Shown here in pieces: positions 48,655 to 62,655 of a stretch of 64,000 nt of DNA. Numbering within the stretch: position 1 is the first letter of the stretch; each line of letters begins with the position of its first letter. Below the pieces are notes generated by a model, which was not told where the DNA came from, searched no databases, and saw only the letters and a program-made list of their open reading frames with translations. Source of the stretch: the human T2T-CHM13v2.0 reference genome, Homo sapiens; the NCBI RefSeq assembly GCF_009914755.1, contig NC_060930.1, one strand, 5' to 3'. A program made the translations under genes and the position numbers.

Positions 48655-51309
48655 AATTAGATATAATCGTTTTTCATTAAATTCCTTCACTAAAATCAAA
48701 TGGTAACTGTGCTACTTGATACCTTTACTTATAAATAGTGTTTATGTTATATGGCCAAGGTCAGTATAGGTATTGTTAATGTGATAATGGCATTTGTTTA
48801 TTAATTTGTTATTTATTGGTTATTGGAGCAGATTACTAGAAGGTAATTCAAGTTTTTTGACTATTCTGTGTTCTCATCCTCAGTAATGATCATTCCAGGT
48901 TGATAAAGATCTGTTCTGTTTTTTAATAGCTCCAGAGGAGAAAAGTTTATTCTCTTTTTGAATGATTTTTTTTTTTTATGTATCACTTCGGCACCTATTC
49001 AATGTGTGCACAATTACTATCGCCCAGGAGCTCCTGGCTGATGACTATGATGTGGCATGAGCCCAAATTTGGCAAGGTTCACTTCCCAAGGCTGGAATCA
49101 GGGAAAGACCGGTGATGGCCAAAGTGGTCCCAGAAGGAAGGGAAGGAATTTATTTATCCCTACACTGCTGCATTTGGAAGGCTGTTGGTGAGGAGGGAAA
49201 GGAAGGGCAAACATTCTAGACCAAGGAGTTGCTTGACCGAAGACACACAGGTTGGGGAAGAGGAATAGGGTATAAGAGTGTGAATGGGACAGAAAAACAA
49301 GAGAGTTCCACAGGGCCCAAGGCTGGGAAGCAGGCTGGGGGACAGGTAATAGATGCTGTGCAGGGGAGTTTCAGCATGAGAACTGCCATTTCAGGTTTAA
49401 ACTCTATTCACTGGGCTTGGATACAATGAACACCCCTGTCATGTCAGTTTATACCCATTTCTTCATGTTCTGACACTTGAAAACTATTATTTTTTAGATA
49501 GGATTCTTGAGTATTTTAATTTTTCTAAATAGTGACACATACAGTGTTTCTTTGATTACAAAAGTCTGAACCGAAGTTGTTTAAAGCTATTGCCCCTTTA
49601 GGACCACATATATCTGACTTTTATCCTGGGTTATGTTCTCAAATGTTCTGGAGACAAAAGATTATAGGGCTTTTAATCTGTGACCCTTGAATTTTCATTG
49701 TTGAGGTTTGTTGTTTGTTTGTTTGTTTTTTGCTGTTGCTGCTGTTTTATTTTGTAGTGGGAATTTAGACAGTAATGACAGAAAGAAGCATGTTTCATTA
49801 AGTGGATGATCCCATTCAGCAACAATAATACTAATACTCCCACAGAGCCAAAGCCTTTTTTCTGGGTGGATGAGTGTTTTATAAAAGAAGTACCTCAGGA
49901 CTTCAGCCTCTCTCATTCTCCACCAGATGGAGTTTAACAGTTTGGATGGAAAGTCTGAAATGATTTTCCCTTGTGATATCCCGTTTTTTATGTCTATGTA
50001 TAAATGTATAATGACTAATTTGGAAATAGCGCTATCAATTTATTAAACTAGGAAGCATTATTTCCCCTGGAATTAGTTTCTGCTCTGGCCCAGGATCACT
50101 GTGGTGTAGAACTTTCACCACAGAATAGCCTCTGGTAAAAGATGAGGCCTGTACTTGTCCTACTTTAACGCTTCTGTATATGTTTTAAAACCTTGCCCCA
50201 ATCAACTCTATAAGAATGTTATAAAGAGAGCAGTGTGTTATGAAGTGTTTCATTTTACTAACAATTTTATTTTCCAAAGAAAAATGCAAATGATTACTAT
50301 ATTAGACATACAGTAGGAGTAGAAGAAGTGGCTGACTTAAAACATGATGAAGGAGAATAAAATGTTTCTGGTGCTACAGTTTCAAGTTTTGAAGTGGACA
50401 GCCCAGCAGAACAAAGCTAGGGAGACCTGGGGGCTGGTCACTGTCGAGTGAGCTCATGTGCCTGGTTCCCCCCTGCATCCTCTTCACACCCTGATGCGTC
50501 TCCACCTCCCTCATCATAGGGGATACCTGCCCCTCTTGGGGAGCAGGCTCTTGGCAGCAGCTCTTTTGAGAAGTGAGCCACTATGTAAAGCCTCTGCCAT
50601 TCTTGAGAGTCCTGCCTGACAGTGTATTCTCCATTTTCTTAGCCCAGTCAGTGAGGATAAGTGAAAACATTGTATCGTGTAAAGTGGGATATTTTAACAC
50701 ACAAACTTGCTGTCTTTTCCTTTTAATGGTGAACAACCTTTTGTGGTATCATGGGGTCTTGATATCATCTCTCATCTTCTTAATCTAACATAATTCGAAT
50801 ATTAGTCATGTTACACAAACAGACTGCTAGAAACCACACCGGGATTTCATTTGCTGTGTGTCAACAGTAGAAATTCAGGACAATCCTCTGGTTTTGCCAG
50901 CAGTAAGTTTCCACAACAGTTATCAAAGTCAGCCTCTTTTATTCCAAACAGTGATTTTGGTGGCTTTTCAGACACCTTTCATTATGTCTTCACACCTGCA
51001 GTTATCGAAGGATGTCTGGTCTAGCTATATGAAAACTGAAAATCCAAAATAACCCAGGAAACTCTTTTATTTCCTGGGTTCTCCCAAACACAGTCGAAGT
51101 ATGTCGTTTCATCATGCTAACAGATTATAGATGACTATTAGATAATATAGTGCTGAAAGAAAAATGTCCCACATCAGGAGCCACGTGTCTTTTCAGGAAC
51201 CAGTACTATGAAACATCAAGTCTTGATCAGTATGAAAATTGTCTTCTCTGTTTTGGTAGGTACACTTCCTGTTTCCTAACAACAGGGTGGTAGTGACATC
51301 AGTAGTGGG

Positions 51310-51468
51310 GTCCTGCCGCATGTGAAGAGGGAATATTAGACTCAGCATGCTTTTCTGAAAGTGATGTATACTTGATACTAATAGGATATTTAAGAACATG
51401 CCTTATATGTTTGAGTCTTGATGATCTCTGACATGGAAAATGGGGTAAACCTTTTTTTAAAAAGGACA
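51310..51468 (+). repeat. Local direct duplication A, copy 2
   Basis: Matches 48110-48272, 3,200 bp upstream. Confidence 0.9.
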
Positions 51469-53845
51469 AAATTTGGGAGACCTGATTGTAAATCTAAAAA
51501 GTCACAACCCCTGCCAGAGTTTGCAGAACAGTAGCCAGAAACCTAAGGATTGTGTTTTTAGGTTTATAGGACACATTTGGGGGCTTAGTCATTTAACTGA
51601 TCTTTTCTGTAGCATAAACATAATCATCACCAGGAAACGTCTCTGAGCTTTCATTCATTAAACAAAATGTACTAAACACTTAAGAGGCAGTCAGTGTTAC
51701 TACAAAGCACCCCAGTATAGTACTTATTTTTTAAACATCATTACCACTTGGTAATATCTCCGTCAGCTCATAGCGTTCTGGAAAAAGCCCAGGTCTTATG
51801 CTGTGTTTGTGCTGAGTTGCTCCCTTACATGTGCATTGTTTTGTTTTTCACTAAAGGTTTTCTCCATATTTCTTTCTAATTAATGTCAGTGTTTTCCAAG
51901 CATTATCTTCAGTCTTTTCCTTTTAAGGATCCTAGACCTGTTCTCTACTCTGCCAACCACACCATACCCAGGTTATCATTCACCATCATATTGTGCCTGG
52001 TCCCTGGTTGATAAAGAGTGTTCATTAAAGGGTGATGTGAAAATGATGTGATGAAAGGCCACAGACCCCTTCTGAATTCTTTACCACCCTTAGCAACAGC
52101 AGGCTGCGCGGTACCTGTCTTATCTTTTAGCAGATGGAATTCATGTTCTAATTCTCAATGGAATAAATTAGGGGATGTTGGGAAACATTTGCGTTTAATG
52201 AAGCAGGAGGAATTATACATTTTTATAAGCCAGCCATTAAAATGTGGACATTCGGCATTTAAAAGAAGTTTCTATTTAGTTTAAAACTAGCAACTTGAGC
52301 TGCAATGATAAGAAATGCTCATGGGAAGCCTAATCCCTCTGCTCCACTGCACATTCCCTTGTTTTCTTGCCATAAAACATGATATAGCCTCGGGAATTTT
52401 GTTCTCCTGTTCTTGGGGTATTAGTGACTACATTTTAGTTTTCACCTTTTGTGTCAAAATTCAAGCCGCCAGCAATTTGCTTTTCATCCTTTGATCCGAA
52501 GAATGTTTTCGTCAACAAATGCTGGACTTCAGTGCACGGAATGTTAATGTGTACCCTCAGCCGCCAGCTAGGAGAACCGTTTAATATGACGAAGTGCAGT
52601 GAGAAGCATTATTCTTGTTGGAGTTTAAGTACTTACAGTAAAGATGATGTTTGATCACAGGTTTTAAAACCTATATCACATTTACTCTTAAAAATAATTT
52701 AGGTGAATTTTTAAAAATTACTAGCAAAGCTTTTTTTCCAAATGAAACCTGTAGAATATATTATCATCGGGATTTTTATAGAACACATTATTACTCTTTT
52801 TAAGAAACACTTCCATGTGTAGAATATGAAACCATAATAGGCTTTAGGATTTATACTTAAAGCAGTGCTAATATTATTTTGAATGACACGCACGTGACAC
52901 AGTATTTTGGTTTACTTCCTAAAGTTAAACATTAAACTCTGCCCCATTATGTTTTTAATGATGATTTTATCTTTAAAATATATATATATAATTGTATTCA
53001 CATTCTTTAAAAAAATTTTTTCCCTAGGTTGCCATTGTTTATCTGGCTTTCAGAGCAATATTTCTAAACATATGTGAAAAACAAAAACAGGCAAACTTCA
53101 ACAACAAAAGAAGGTTGCTACTGAGTGTACGTGGGCCAGGTTGCTACCCTCGGGAGCCCCTTCTCTCAGGGAGCCCCTCCTGCTGCTTTTGCGACTCCGA
53201 CTCTTCCAGCAGGTGTCACTGTCTGGCAGCAGTGGGCGAGCAGGTTGCGGTTCACCTGACTCATCTTCAAATAATAACTTTTAAAATTTATCTTTAGGGA
53301 AGTTGTTTGACGTAAATGTATCAAAACTTTGACAAAAATGTTGCTACATCATATGCCTGATTTTTCCCTCATGAATTGAAATTCACAGAAAATAAAGGAA
53401 TTAATCTTGTGCTGATATAAAATTTTATTGAGTATTAGAAACATTTGTTTATAATGAGAGGGGAATGTGGCTGGGAGGACATAATTAAATGAAACTTTTA
53501 GGACCATTTATTTATGAATTTGCTAAGCAAATATAGATTCCTTAGGTCTGTTCTAGAGTCTCTGATGGCTGCAAAGGGGTAAGCCACAGTGCTTACCCTC
53601 CTGAAGTATTAGTGTGTATTATACACACCAAGAAAGGAACAATTGTAATAGAAAAGGAGAAAGTCAGTGTATCTTATTGGCATAATGACAGGGCTCCTAA
53701 GTTCATAGAAACCTGTTTTTGAATCCTGGCTTTGATGCATTCTAATCATATACAGTACAAGCGTCTTAACTTCCTTGTGGACGATGGGTGTGGTATCAAC
53801 TCTGTCATGGGTGGTAATTAGGTTTAAACCTGGAGGGTGATGTGG

Positions 53846-54069
53846 CATAGATGTTGGCAAACTTTTTAATGTCAAGGGCTGGATAGTAAATATTTTAGGC
53901 TTTGCAAGCCACCTATTCTCTGTCATGAATACTAAACTGTGACTGTAGCACAAAAGCAGCCACAGACAGTATATAAAGAAATGAGCCTGGCTGTGTTCCA
54001 ATAAAACTTTATCCACAAGAACCAGTGGAGAGCCACATGCAGCTGGTGACCATAGTTTGCCAATCCCTG
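53846..54069 (+). mobile_element. MER58A (hAT-Charlie MITE)
   Basis: gttggcaaacttt...gatagtaaatattttaggcttt...ggctgtgttccaataaaacttt...catagtttgccaatccctg. Confidence 0.85.
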
Positions 54070-54081
54070 ATATAACCATTA

Positions 54082-54393
<312 letters not shown>

Positions 54394-56053
54394 TCAACAT
54401 AGTATCATAGTTGTTACATTAAGTAACATGCAGTAGCAAAGTAAGCAGTATCACAGAGTCATATATGACAAGTGTTTTGAGTCCATAACAAGTCCTCGTT
54501 CTTGTCCTCGCAGACTTGTTGATCCCAGGCAAGGCACTTTTCCTTTCTGGGTCTTTTATCAGTACGACTTTTGATTCAGCAGCAGTAGTCTTGTTTAGGG
54601 GGCAGGGGCAGAGGTTAAGGGGGACAGGGAAGTATATAAAGGACTTTTATTCTTATGAATCCAAACAGAGGGCAGAGTTGTCTGTGCTTTGTTTTGGTGC
54701 CATGGATGTTTAAAAGGATACCATTGTCTTCTGTTCATTTAAGCTACCCATTTTATCTTTTCTCTGTTACCCAGAATATCAGTCCTGTTTAACAAATATG
54801 TAATGATTCAAAATTCATTTGCAGGTTTTTAAACTTTGACAGTGGTCTCCTCTAGCAGAGATTTCAGATACTATGTATTCAGAGACAGAAACATCATTCT
54901 GTGCTTATCTCAGTGAAAGAAACCCAGGAAAGGAATCCCAGCCCCTCCTACATCCTCTCCAAGCTACAGGCATGTGGCTCATCCAGGAGGGGAGAAGGGA
55001 GCAGAGAAGCCACCCTGGGTGTCTTCTCACCCATACTGCTAATCCTGACCTGACCTGAAATTTAATATAATCAAGGCAAAATCAGATTAAAATGGAGCCA
55101 AATAGTTTTACACTTCAAATAGTTTTTACGTACATAAAAAATATATGGTGTTCGTTTTAAATTATTCATATTATTTGCATATGCTAAAAAAGAAATCAGC
55201 ATGCTTCTTGAAATGTCTTAACAATTTAAAATATTTATAATATAACTGATTCTTAAACTTTTATATAATGCAGTATATTTGAAATTTTAAAAGTTCAATT
55301 ATTTACATTCTCCTTGGGAACTACATTTTATATATTCTGTTACTTGTAATCAAATAATTATATGACATTCTTAATGTCTGTACCTACAAACATTGAATTC
55401 ATGCATATTTATAAGGTAGCTTATTGACTATAATTCATTGTTGACCTTTCTGATGATTCTGTAGTTAGATTTTTAAAATATGATTGAATGTGGAATATCT
55501 AGGCATAGACTAACATGGGTTTGAATCTTAGCTGTGACATTTATGAGCTGTGGGCTCAACACTTTAAAAGTAATTAACTGCATTTTTCATCTTTTAAATC
55601 ATTCTCTGAGAAAAAGTCAACTCCTTAATTAGTCCTTGTTTGAATTATGATCAAATAGTATTGGTTTGTACAGAATGATGCTAACTTAGGATCCAGGCTA
55701 TAGATGGCTGCAACCGGAATAGAGCCATTTAGTCATCATATGTACAATAGAGTAAGAAATGCAAAAAAAAAAAAAAAAAAATAGATACAAGATAAGAGCA
55801 CTTTTAGGTTCTAAGAATTTAAAATGTGTATCTAGGTTAGAGTGAATTGGGGTGAAATTTCCTGTGCTTCCAAGTTAACCAGTAGAAGTGTTGAAATTGA
55901 TTTCAAGAATTGATAGTGTCCTATTAAACAATCAGAAGACAGAAGGTACTAGTGAGAAGTCTTGATTTGACTATGGGGCTAATAGGGAGGTGCTTGTTGT
56001 GCAAGCTTATGTGAGAGAATAGCTGTATCAGTAGAGTAAAAGACCCTAGAGCG

Positions 56054-56280
56054 GGCTGGGTGCAGTGGCTCACGCCTGTAATCCCAGCACTTTGGGAGGC
56101 CAAGGCAGGTAGATCACTTGAGGTCAGGTGTTCAAGACCCGCCTGACCAACATGGTGAAACCCCGTCTCTACTAAAAGTGCAAAAATTAGCCAGGCATGG
56201 TGGCGGATGCCTGTGATCCCAGCTACTCAGGAGGCTGAGGCAAGAGAATCAGTTGAAGCTGGGAGGCGGATGTTGCAGTG
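56054..56280 (+). mobile_element. AluS, 3'-truncated with no tail
   Basis: Alu sequence stops at ttgcagtg and is joined directly to old L1 sequence. Confidence 0.85.
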
Positions 56281-56784
56281 TACATGTGTATTCCATATAT
56301 ACAAGTGAAGATATGAATCCATACTGATAACTTCCAGTCCAGCACCACTGAATTTATTCTAGTCGTCTCCATTTCCTTCTCTTCTTCACCCACAGTGAGA
56401 AACCTGGTTCGCACCTACAGTATGTTTACATATTTGCTCAGTTCTAGTATATAAATAAACTAGTTTCAGAAATCCTTACCTTTACTCCTGTAAGAAACAG
56501 ATTTAAAATTACGTGCAGCGTGTGCCATTCTTGTCTCTAGCCTTCACAGTCTCCAGTCAAAACCCTCTTTGCCAAGGTTATCTAGGACAGGACCTTACTT
56601 TCCATGCCCTTAGCGTGGCTGTGCCATCCATGCAGCTGCAGTCAGAGCCGTCTGTCTCAGCTTGCATTCCTCTTAGGTTCACCTCACATCCTAGTTGATT
56701 CCGTTTTTATTTACTTACAATAGAATTTACTTTATGGTGTATAGTACGTGGTTTCTGACAAATGCATAGAATTGTATGTTCATC

Positions 56785-57020
56785 ACATGGACACAAGGAG
56801 GGGAACATCACACACCAGGGTCTGTTGGGGGTGGGGGACAAGGGGAGGGAGAGCATTAGGACAAATACCTAATGCATACGGGGCTTGAAACCTAGAAGAC
56901 GGGTTGATGGGTGCAGCAAACCTCCCTGGCACATGTATACCTCCATGGCACATGTATGTAACAAACCTGCACATTTGCCACATGTATCCCTGAACTTAAA
57001 GTATAATAAATTTTTAAAAA
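56785..57020 (+). mobile_element. L1PA 3'UTR fragment (5'-truncated)
   Basis: ggggaacatcacacacc...gagcattaggacaaatacctaatgc...aacttaaagtataataaa. Confidence 0.85.
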
Positions 57021-57442
57021 ATTGTGTGTTTATCCCACCTTTCTTTTCTAATGTTGGTAATTTGTATCTTCTCTCTCTCTTTCTTGGCTAGTGTTACCAG
57101 AGAATTTTTCTAAGAACCCAGCTTTTGGTTTCCTTGCCTTTCTCTATTTTTCTTTTTTCAATGTCATCATTTCTGTTCTTATTTTGATTATTTTTTCCCT
57201 CTCCTTGCTTTGAGTTTAGTTTGATCTTCTTTTTCTGATTTCTTAAACTGAAAATTTAGATTTATCCGAGAACCTTCTTTTCTAATGAAAGTTTTGAATA
57301 CGATAAATTTCCCACTGACCACTGCATTAGTTACATCCCACAAAATTTGAATGTTGTGTTTTAATTTTCATCCAGTTGAAAATATTTGACATGTTTTGAG
57401 ACTTCCTCATTAACCCAATGAATATTTAGAGATGTGTTCTTT

Positions 57443-58803
57443 TTTTTCTTCAACTTCTAAGTTCAGGGGTACATGTGCAGGGTGTGCAGGTTTGTCGCAC
57501 AGGTAAACGTGTGCCATGGTGGCTTGCTGCACAAACCATCTCATCATCTCAGTATTAAGCCCAGCATTTCTTCCTGATGTTCTTCCCCCACACCCCTATC
57601 ACCTCCCAACAGACAGGCCCCAGTGAGTATTGTTCCCCCCAATGTGTCCTCGTGTTTTCGTCATTCAGCTCCCACTTATAAGTGAAAACATGCGGTATTT
57701 GGTTTTCTCTTCCTGCATTAGTTTGCTGAGGATTATGGCTTCCAAATCCATCTATGTCCCTGCAAAGGACATGATCTCATTCTTTTTGATGACTGCAGAG
57801 TATTCTATGGTGTACATGCACCACGTTTTCCTTATCCAGTCTATCATTGATGGGCATTCAGGTTGATTCCATGTCTTTGCTATTACGAATGAACATATGC
57901 ATGCATGTTATCTTTATAGTAAAATGATTTCTGTTCCTTTGGGTATATACCCAGTAATGTGATTGCTGGGTCAGATGGTATTTCTGCAGAGGTCTAGGTC
58001 TTTGAGGAATCACCACACTGTCTTCCACAATGGTTGAGCTAATTTACACTCCCACTAGCAGTGTCAAAGCATTCCTTTTTCTCTGCAACCTCTCCAGCAT
58101 CTGTTATTTTTTAACTTTTTAATAATAGCCGTTCTGACTGGCCTGAGATGGTATCTCATTGTGGTTTTGATTTGCATTTCTCTAATGATCAGTGGTGTTG
58201 AGCTTTTCTTCATGTTGTTGGCTGCATGTATGTGTTCTTTTGAGAAGTGCCTATTCATGTCCTTTGCCTGCTTTTTAATCGGGTTACTTTTTTTCTTATA
58301 AATTTGTTTAAGTTCCTTGTAGACTCTGGACATTAGACCTTTGTCAGATGGATAGATTGTGAAAATTTTCTCCCATTCTGTAGGTTGTGTGTTCACTCTG
58401 ATGATAGTTCCTTTTGTTGTGCAGAAGCTCTGCAGTTTAATTAGACCCCATTTGTCAATTTTTCCTTTTGGTGTTTTCGTCATAAAATCTTTGCCCGTGA
58501 CTGTATCCTGAATGATATTGCCTAGATTTTCTTCTAGGGTTTTCATATTTTTTCATTTTACATTTAAGTCTTTAATCCATCTTGAGTTAATTTTTATATA
58601 TATTGTAAAGAAGGGGTCCAGTTTCAGTTTTCTGCATATGGCTAGCCAGTTTTCCCAGCATCGTTTATTAAATAGGGACTCTTTCCCCCCATCACTTCTT
58701 TTTGTTTGTTGAAGATCAGATGGTTGCTGGTGTGCAGTCTTATTTCTGAGTTCTCTATTTTGTTCCGTTGATCTATGTGTCTGTTCTTGTACCAGTATCA
58801 TGC
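57443..58803 (-). mobile_element. 5'-truncated older L1PA (about PA13-16), 1.36 kb
   Basis: Antisense 3'UTR and ORF2 C-terminus ([11 protein letters not shown]...CWRGC). TSD ATGTGTTCTTT at 57432-57442 and 58804-58814. Confidence 0.85.
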
Positions 58804-61374
58804 ATGTGTTCTTTAATTCTGCAATAATTTGATGGTTTTTCAGATATCCTCCAATTAATTGATTTCTGGTTTAATTCTGTTTTCATGTAAAAACACACTC
58901 TGTATGGTTTCTACTGATTTTAAATAGTTGAGGTTTATTTTGTAGCTCAGAATATGGTATGTACTGGTGAATGTTCCACATACCCTTATATAAAAAGTAT
59001 GTTCTGCTGTTGAGTGGAACATTTCTATAAATGTCTATTAGGTCTTGATAGTGTTTTGCGGGTCTTTTATGTTCTTCCTGATTTTCTATTTATGTGTCCC
59101 ATTAATTACTGAGAGTGGATTATTGAAGTCTTCAGCTCTGATTATGGATGTATTTTTTTCAGTTTCCGCTCCTTTATTTCGAAGCTCTATTGCGTACACA
59201 CTTAGGATTGTTATGTTCATGGGATGACCTATATCATTATGTAATGCTCCTGTTTATCCTTCATAATATTCTTTGCTCTGAAGTCCACTTCGTCTGATAT
59301 TAGTATAGTTTCTGCAGCTGTATTTTAGTTATTGATTTATGGTATATCTTTCCCCAAACTTTTATTTTCAGCCTACTTATGTCTTTATATCAATATTTAA
59401 AATGCGTTTCTTATATACAGTATATACATGGGACTTGCATTTTATTCAGTCCTAGTCATTTCTGTCTTTTAATTTATGTGTTAGACCACCCCTTTTAATG
59501 TTATTATTTGTGTAATTGGATTAAAATGTACCATATTGGCAACCGTTTTCTGTTTGTTTCATTTTTGGGTTTCAGTTTTCTTTTGATGCCTTCTCTAGTA
59601 TTAACTGAGTGTTTTTTATGATTCTGTTCTATTTCCTCTACTGACTTATTATTTATACTTTTAAAAAATTGTATTTATCTACCTTCAGATAATATTACAT
59701 TGCTTTACATGGAGCCTATAGACTTTACTGCAGTTTATACACAGCTCCTTCTTTCCGTGCTTTATGCTATTGTGGCCATACCTTTTTACATTTACATCTA
59801 CTGTGAACGCACAGTACATTGTTTTACACATTCAGGTATCTTTTAGAGCAATTAAAAAATAAGAAAAAAAATTGTGTCCCCATTTATTCTATTTTCACTG
59901 CTCTTTGTTTGTTTGTGTAGATCCGGGCCTCCATCTGATGTTGTGTTCCTTCTGCCTGAGGAACTTCCGTTTAACATTTATTGTCCACTAGGTCAAGCAG
60001 CTGGCAATGAATCCCCTCAGTTTTTGTTTTTCTAAGAAAGTCTGTATTTCTCTTTCATCTTTGAAAATTATTTTCAATGGGCATAGAATTCTGGATTTAA
60101 CAGTTTTCTTGATATTGTTACCATATTTTTTATTTGCACCATTTTCATTGGATTCTTTTTAATAGTTGTCAGCACTCAGCTGAAAGTCCCATCTGTTATT
60201 GTCTACCTTTCCCTTTAGAGCCTTCAAAATATGAACCATAGTTATTTTAAATTCTCAGTCATTTCTAACATAGGTGTCATATCTGACTGTGGTTCTGATT
60301 ATTGCTTTGTCTCTCTGAAGTATGTTTTTTTCTTGCCTTCTTGTATGCCTTGTAATTTTGTGTTGAAAGCTGTACATCTTGTGTAAGACAGTAGAGACCC
60401 ATGGAAATTGTTTGTATCCTAGAAATGTGCATGCCTCTCCTTCCTAGAGGCCTTTAGTGTGGGAGTTAGAGTTTATCTAGTTAGGAGTTTGCTAGGTTTG
60501 AGAGATTTGTTGGCAGCTATCCTCACTGCAGGAAAGGCTTCATGTTCCTGTAGAGATACCTTGTGTTTTGGCTGGGGGTTGGATCACAAGAACATCACCT
60601 GTTCAGTTCTAGTTTTAGGTCTTCCTTTTGCACTATGCCTCAGAAAGGGTCTCTCTGCACATTCTTGTTCTCCTGTTTCTCTCCAAGCACTGTTTTGTTA
60701 CCTGTAATGCTAAGCTCCTTAGCTTGACATTGTGGGGCAAGGAGGAGGATGGGGTGCTGTCTCTGTTCCGATTGAGTTACAGTCTCGTACCTGCACCATT
60801 TTCTTAGGTTTCTGGGCTGTGACCTTCTCAGTTCTCCTCCCTCTCCCCCAAGTGTTGTGGGAGTTTCTGTGTAATCCTGTCCCTCCCCAAGGAGACAGGT
60901 TGTATGTGTATGTTTTTCCTGTTCCCTTTCCACACTGCAGTGAGTTTTCAGCAGTGTCCTAAGGACAACAGTGCGTGCCGCCCTTCTCCTCACAGGATAG
61001 GTCTTTTGTTTTCCTGGTGGAGACAGGGGAGATGGATCCAGGTGTAGTTCCTTGCCACTCCTCTAGAGTTACTGCTTCTCTCCCCCATATCTGGAACACA
61101 GCGGACACTTCTTACCCCACCCTCCTGTGAGCACCTGGGTGATGGTCATGGCATAGATCCTGTGTGAGAATGTAACCCTCAGAGGTTTCACACAATCTTG
61201 GCAGCCCACTCTTGACTCTAACCAGATACTTGAGCGGGACTCCCCTGACTGGGGTTCTGTTGTGTCTGCCCTCGGTGACACAAGCTTGTGTCTCCTTAGA
61301 TTTTGGGCTGTTGATTATCTGGGACCTCGGCTTATTGATGGGTTTGGAAAAAGTTAATAAGTTTAAAGTTAGGC

Positions 61375-61431
61375 TGTACGTGTGTGTGTGCGTGTGCGCG
61401 CGCGCGTGCACGTGCACGCTTGTGTGTGTGT
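61375..61431. repeat. Alternating purine-pyrimidine (GT/GC) tract
   Basis: Perfect alternation 61375-61419, including a (CG)n run. Confidence 0.9.
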
Positions 61432-61664
61432 TTAACGTAAACAGGTCCCATCCTTGTTAGACTTTACAGCAAGAGCAGCCTTGAATGAAATCATCCTTTC
61501 TCTCCAGTAACTTATTCTCCCAGTCATTCAGTTCTCTTTAGTCTTTTTACAAATTTTACTTCTTTAAAGAAGATGCGTCTCCAAAAAAAAAAAATACCTA
61601 ATTTGCTACTGATGTGGCAAATTCAAGTCAAATTGAGGATGACTGGAATTTTACAATGCCAAAC

Positions 61665-61798
61665 AATCCTGATGGCCAACTGTCTTATTCTTCCCCAGGG
61701 CCTTCTCCTCAGCCAGGGCGGAGGCTCGTTGCGGGCAGGGTCCTTGTCTTTTATAATCCTCGCAGAGTTGCCAAACCTATAAAAAATTTTTAAAATAG
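61665..61798 (+). repeat. Local direct duplication B, copy 1
   Basis: Differs from 63442-63572 by 3 substitutions and one 3-bp indel. Confidence 0.95.
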
Positions 61799-62655
61799 GC
61801 AAGGTAGAGAAGTAGCTGAGGTGCAGGAGTCTGGGTATTTACCCAGAAATCACACATTCTGTCTCCAGCATAGGCCCCTAGAGCCAGTCAATACTTTGGT
61901 ATTATTTTATTTCATTACTTATTTTACAGCATAATAGTAGAACCCTAAAAGCAAAAGCCTTATGAAATCACATGCTAACAGAACCTAAATGCATGTTTCA
62001 TCTTAGAGTTTTTTAATTATAAAAGTAGCACACGTTTGTGATAAATAATGTAAAATGTCAAGTTCTTTTCATCCCCTAGAAATAATCACCCTCCAATCTT
62101 TTCTATGGGTCTTCTAAGGCTTTTCTCTAAACTCATTTTTGTCATATACAAAGAAAAAGTAAAAAATTAATATCTAGGCCATTTGGGAAAGGCAGCCTAT
62201 TGCTTGTTGCTCTGTTTACATGTTTGTCTCTTTTCAAAAAAATACCTGTAAGTGCAGAATGTATCACAGCTAAACTGTACATTGTCTAATGTCATCTTTA
62301 TTATATCTCAGTGACATTCCTCCCCCATAACTAAATTTTATTAAGCTTTCAGTGGGAAAGAGCCTCTAATTTGCAAGATTTTGAAAATGTGAAGAGTTTA
62401 AAAGTTCCACATGAGCTTATGAGATTTTTGAAACTATTTCCTGGATCATCTTGAAGATTCCTTGTTAAACTCAGTTTCACATGATGTTAAGAGGCTGATA
62501 CTAACGACTTTTAGATAATATCCCCCTTTCTATGAGGAATGGGTTGAATCATATCACAGAAGAAATTGACAGGAAATTGTAGCATCTCTCTGAGTAAATA
62601 AGAAGGCTTACACATTAGGTGAATATGACGACACGGAGGACCATTGAAACATGCC

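Larger units (their letters stand above)
56281..61370 (-). mobile_element. Old L1M element(s) hosting younger L1 insertions
   Basis: Antisense L1 3' end, ORF2 EN (gataaatttccc, tattgaagtcttca) and ORF1 (aatcccctcagtttttgt) remnants in order. Confidence 0.65.

Noticed and set aside
53015-53215. Possible cryptic exon after ttttttccctag
   Set aside because: No convincing donor or coding signal, and the exon 7 to exon 8 junction is already in frame.
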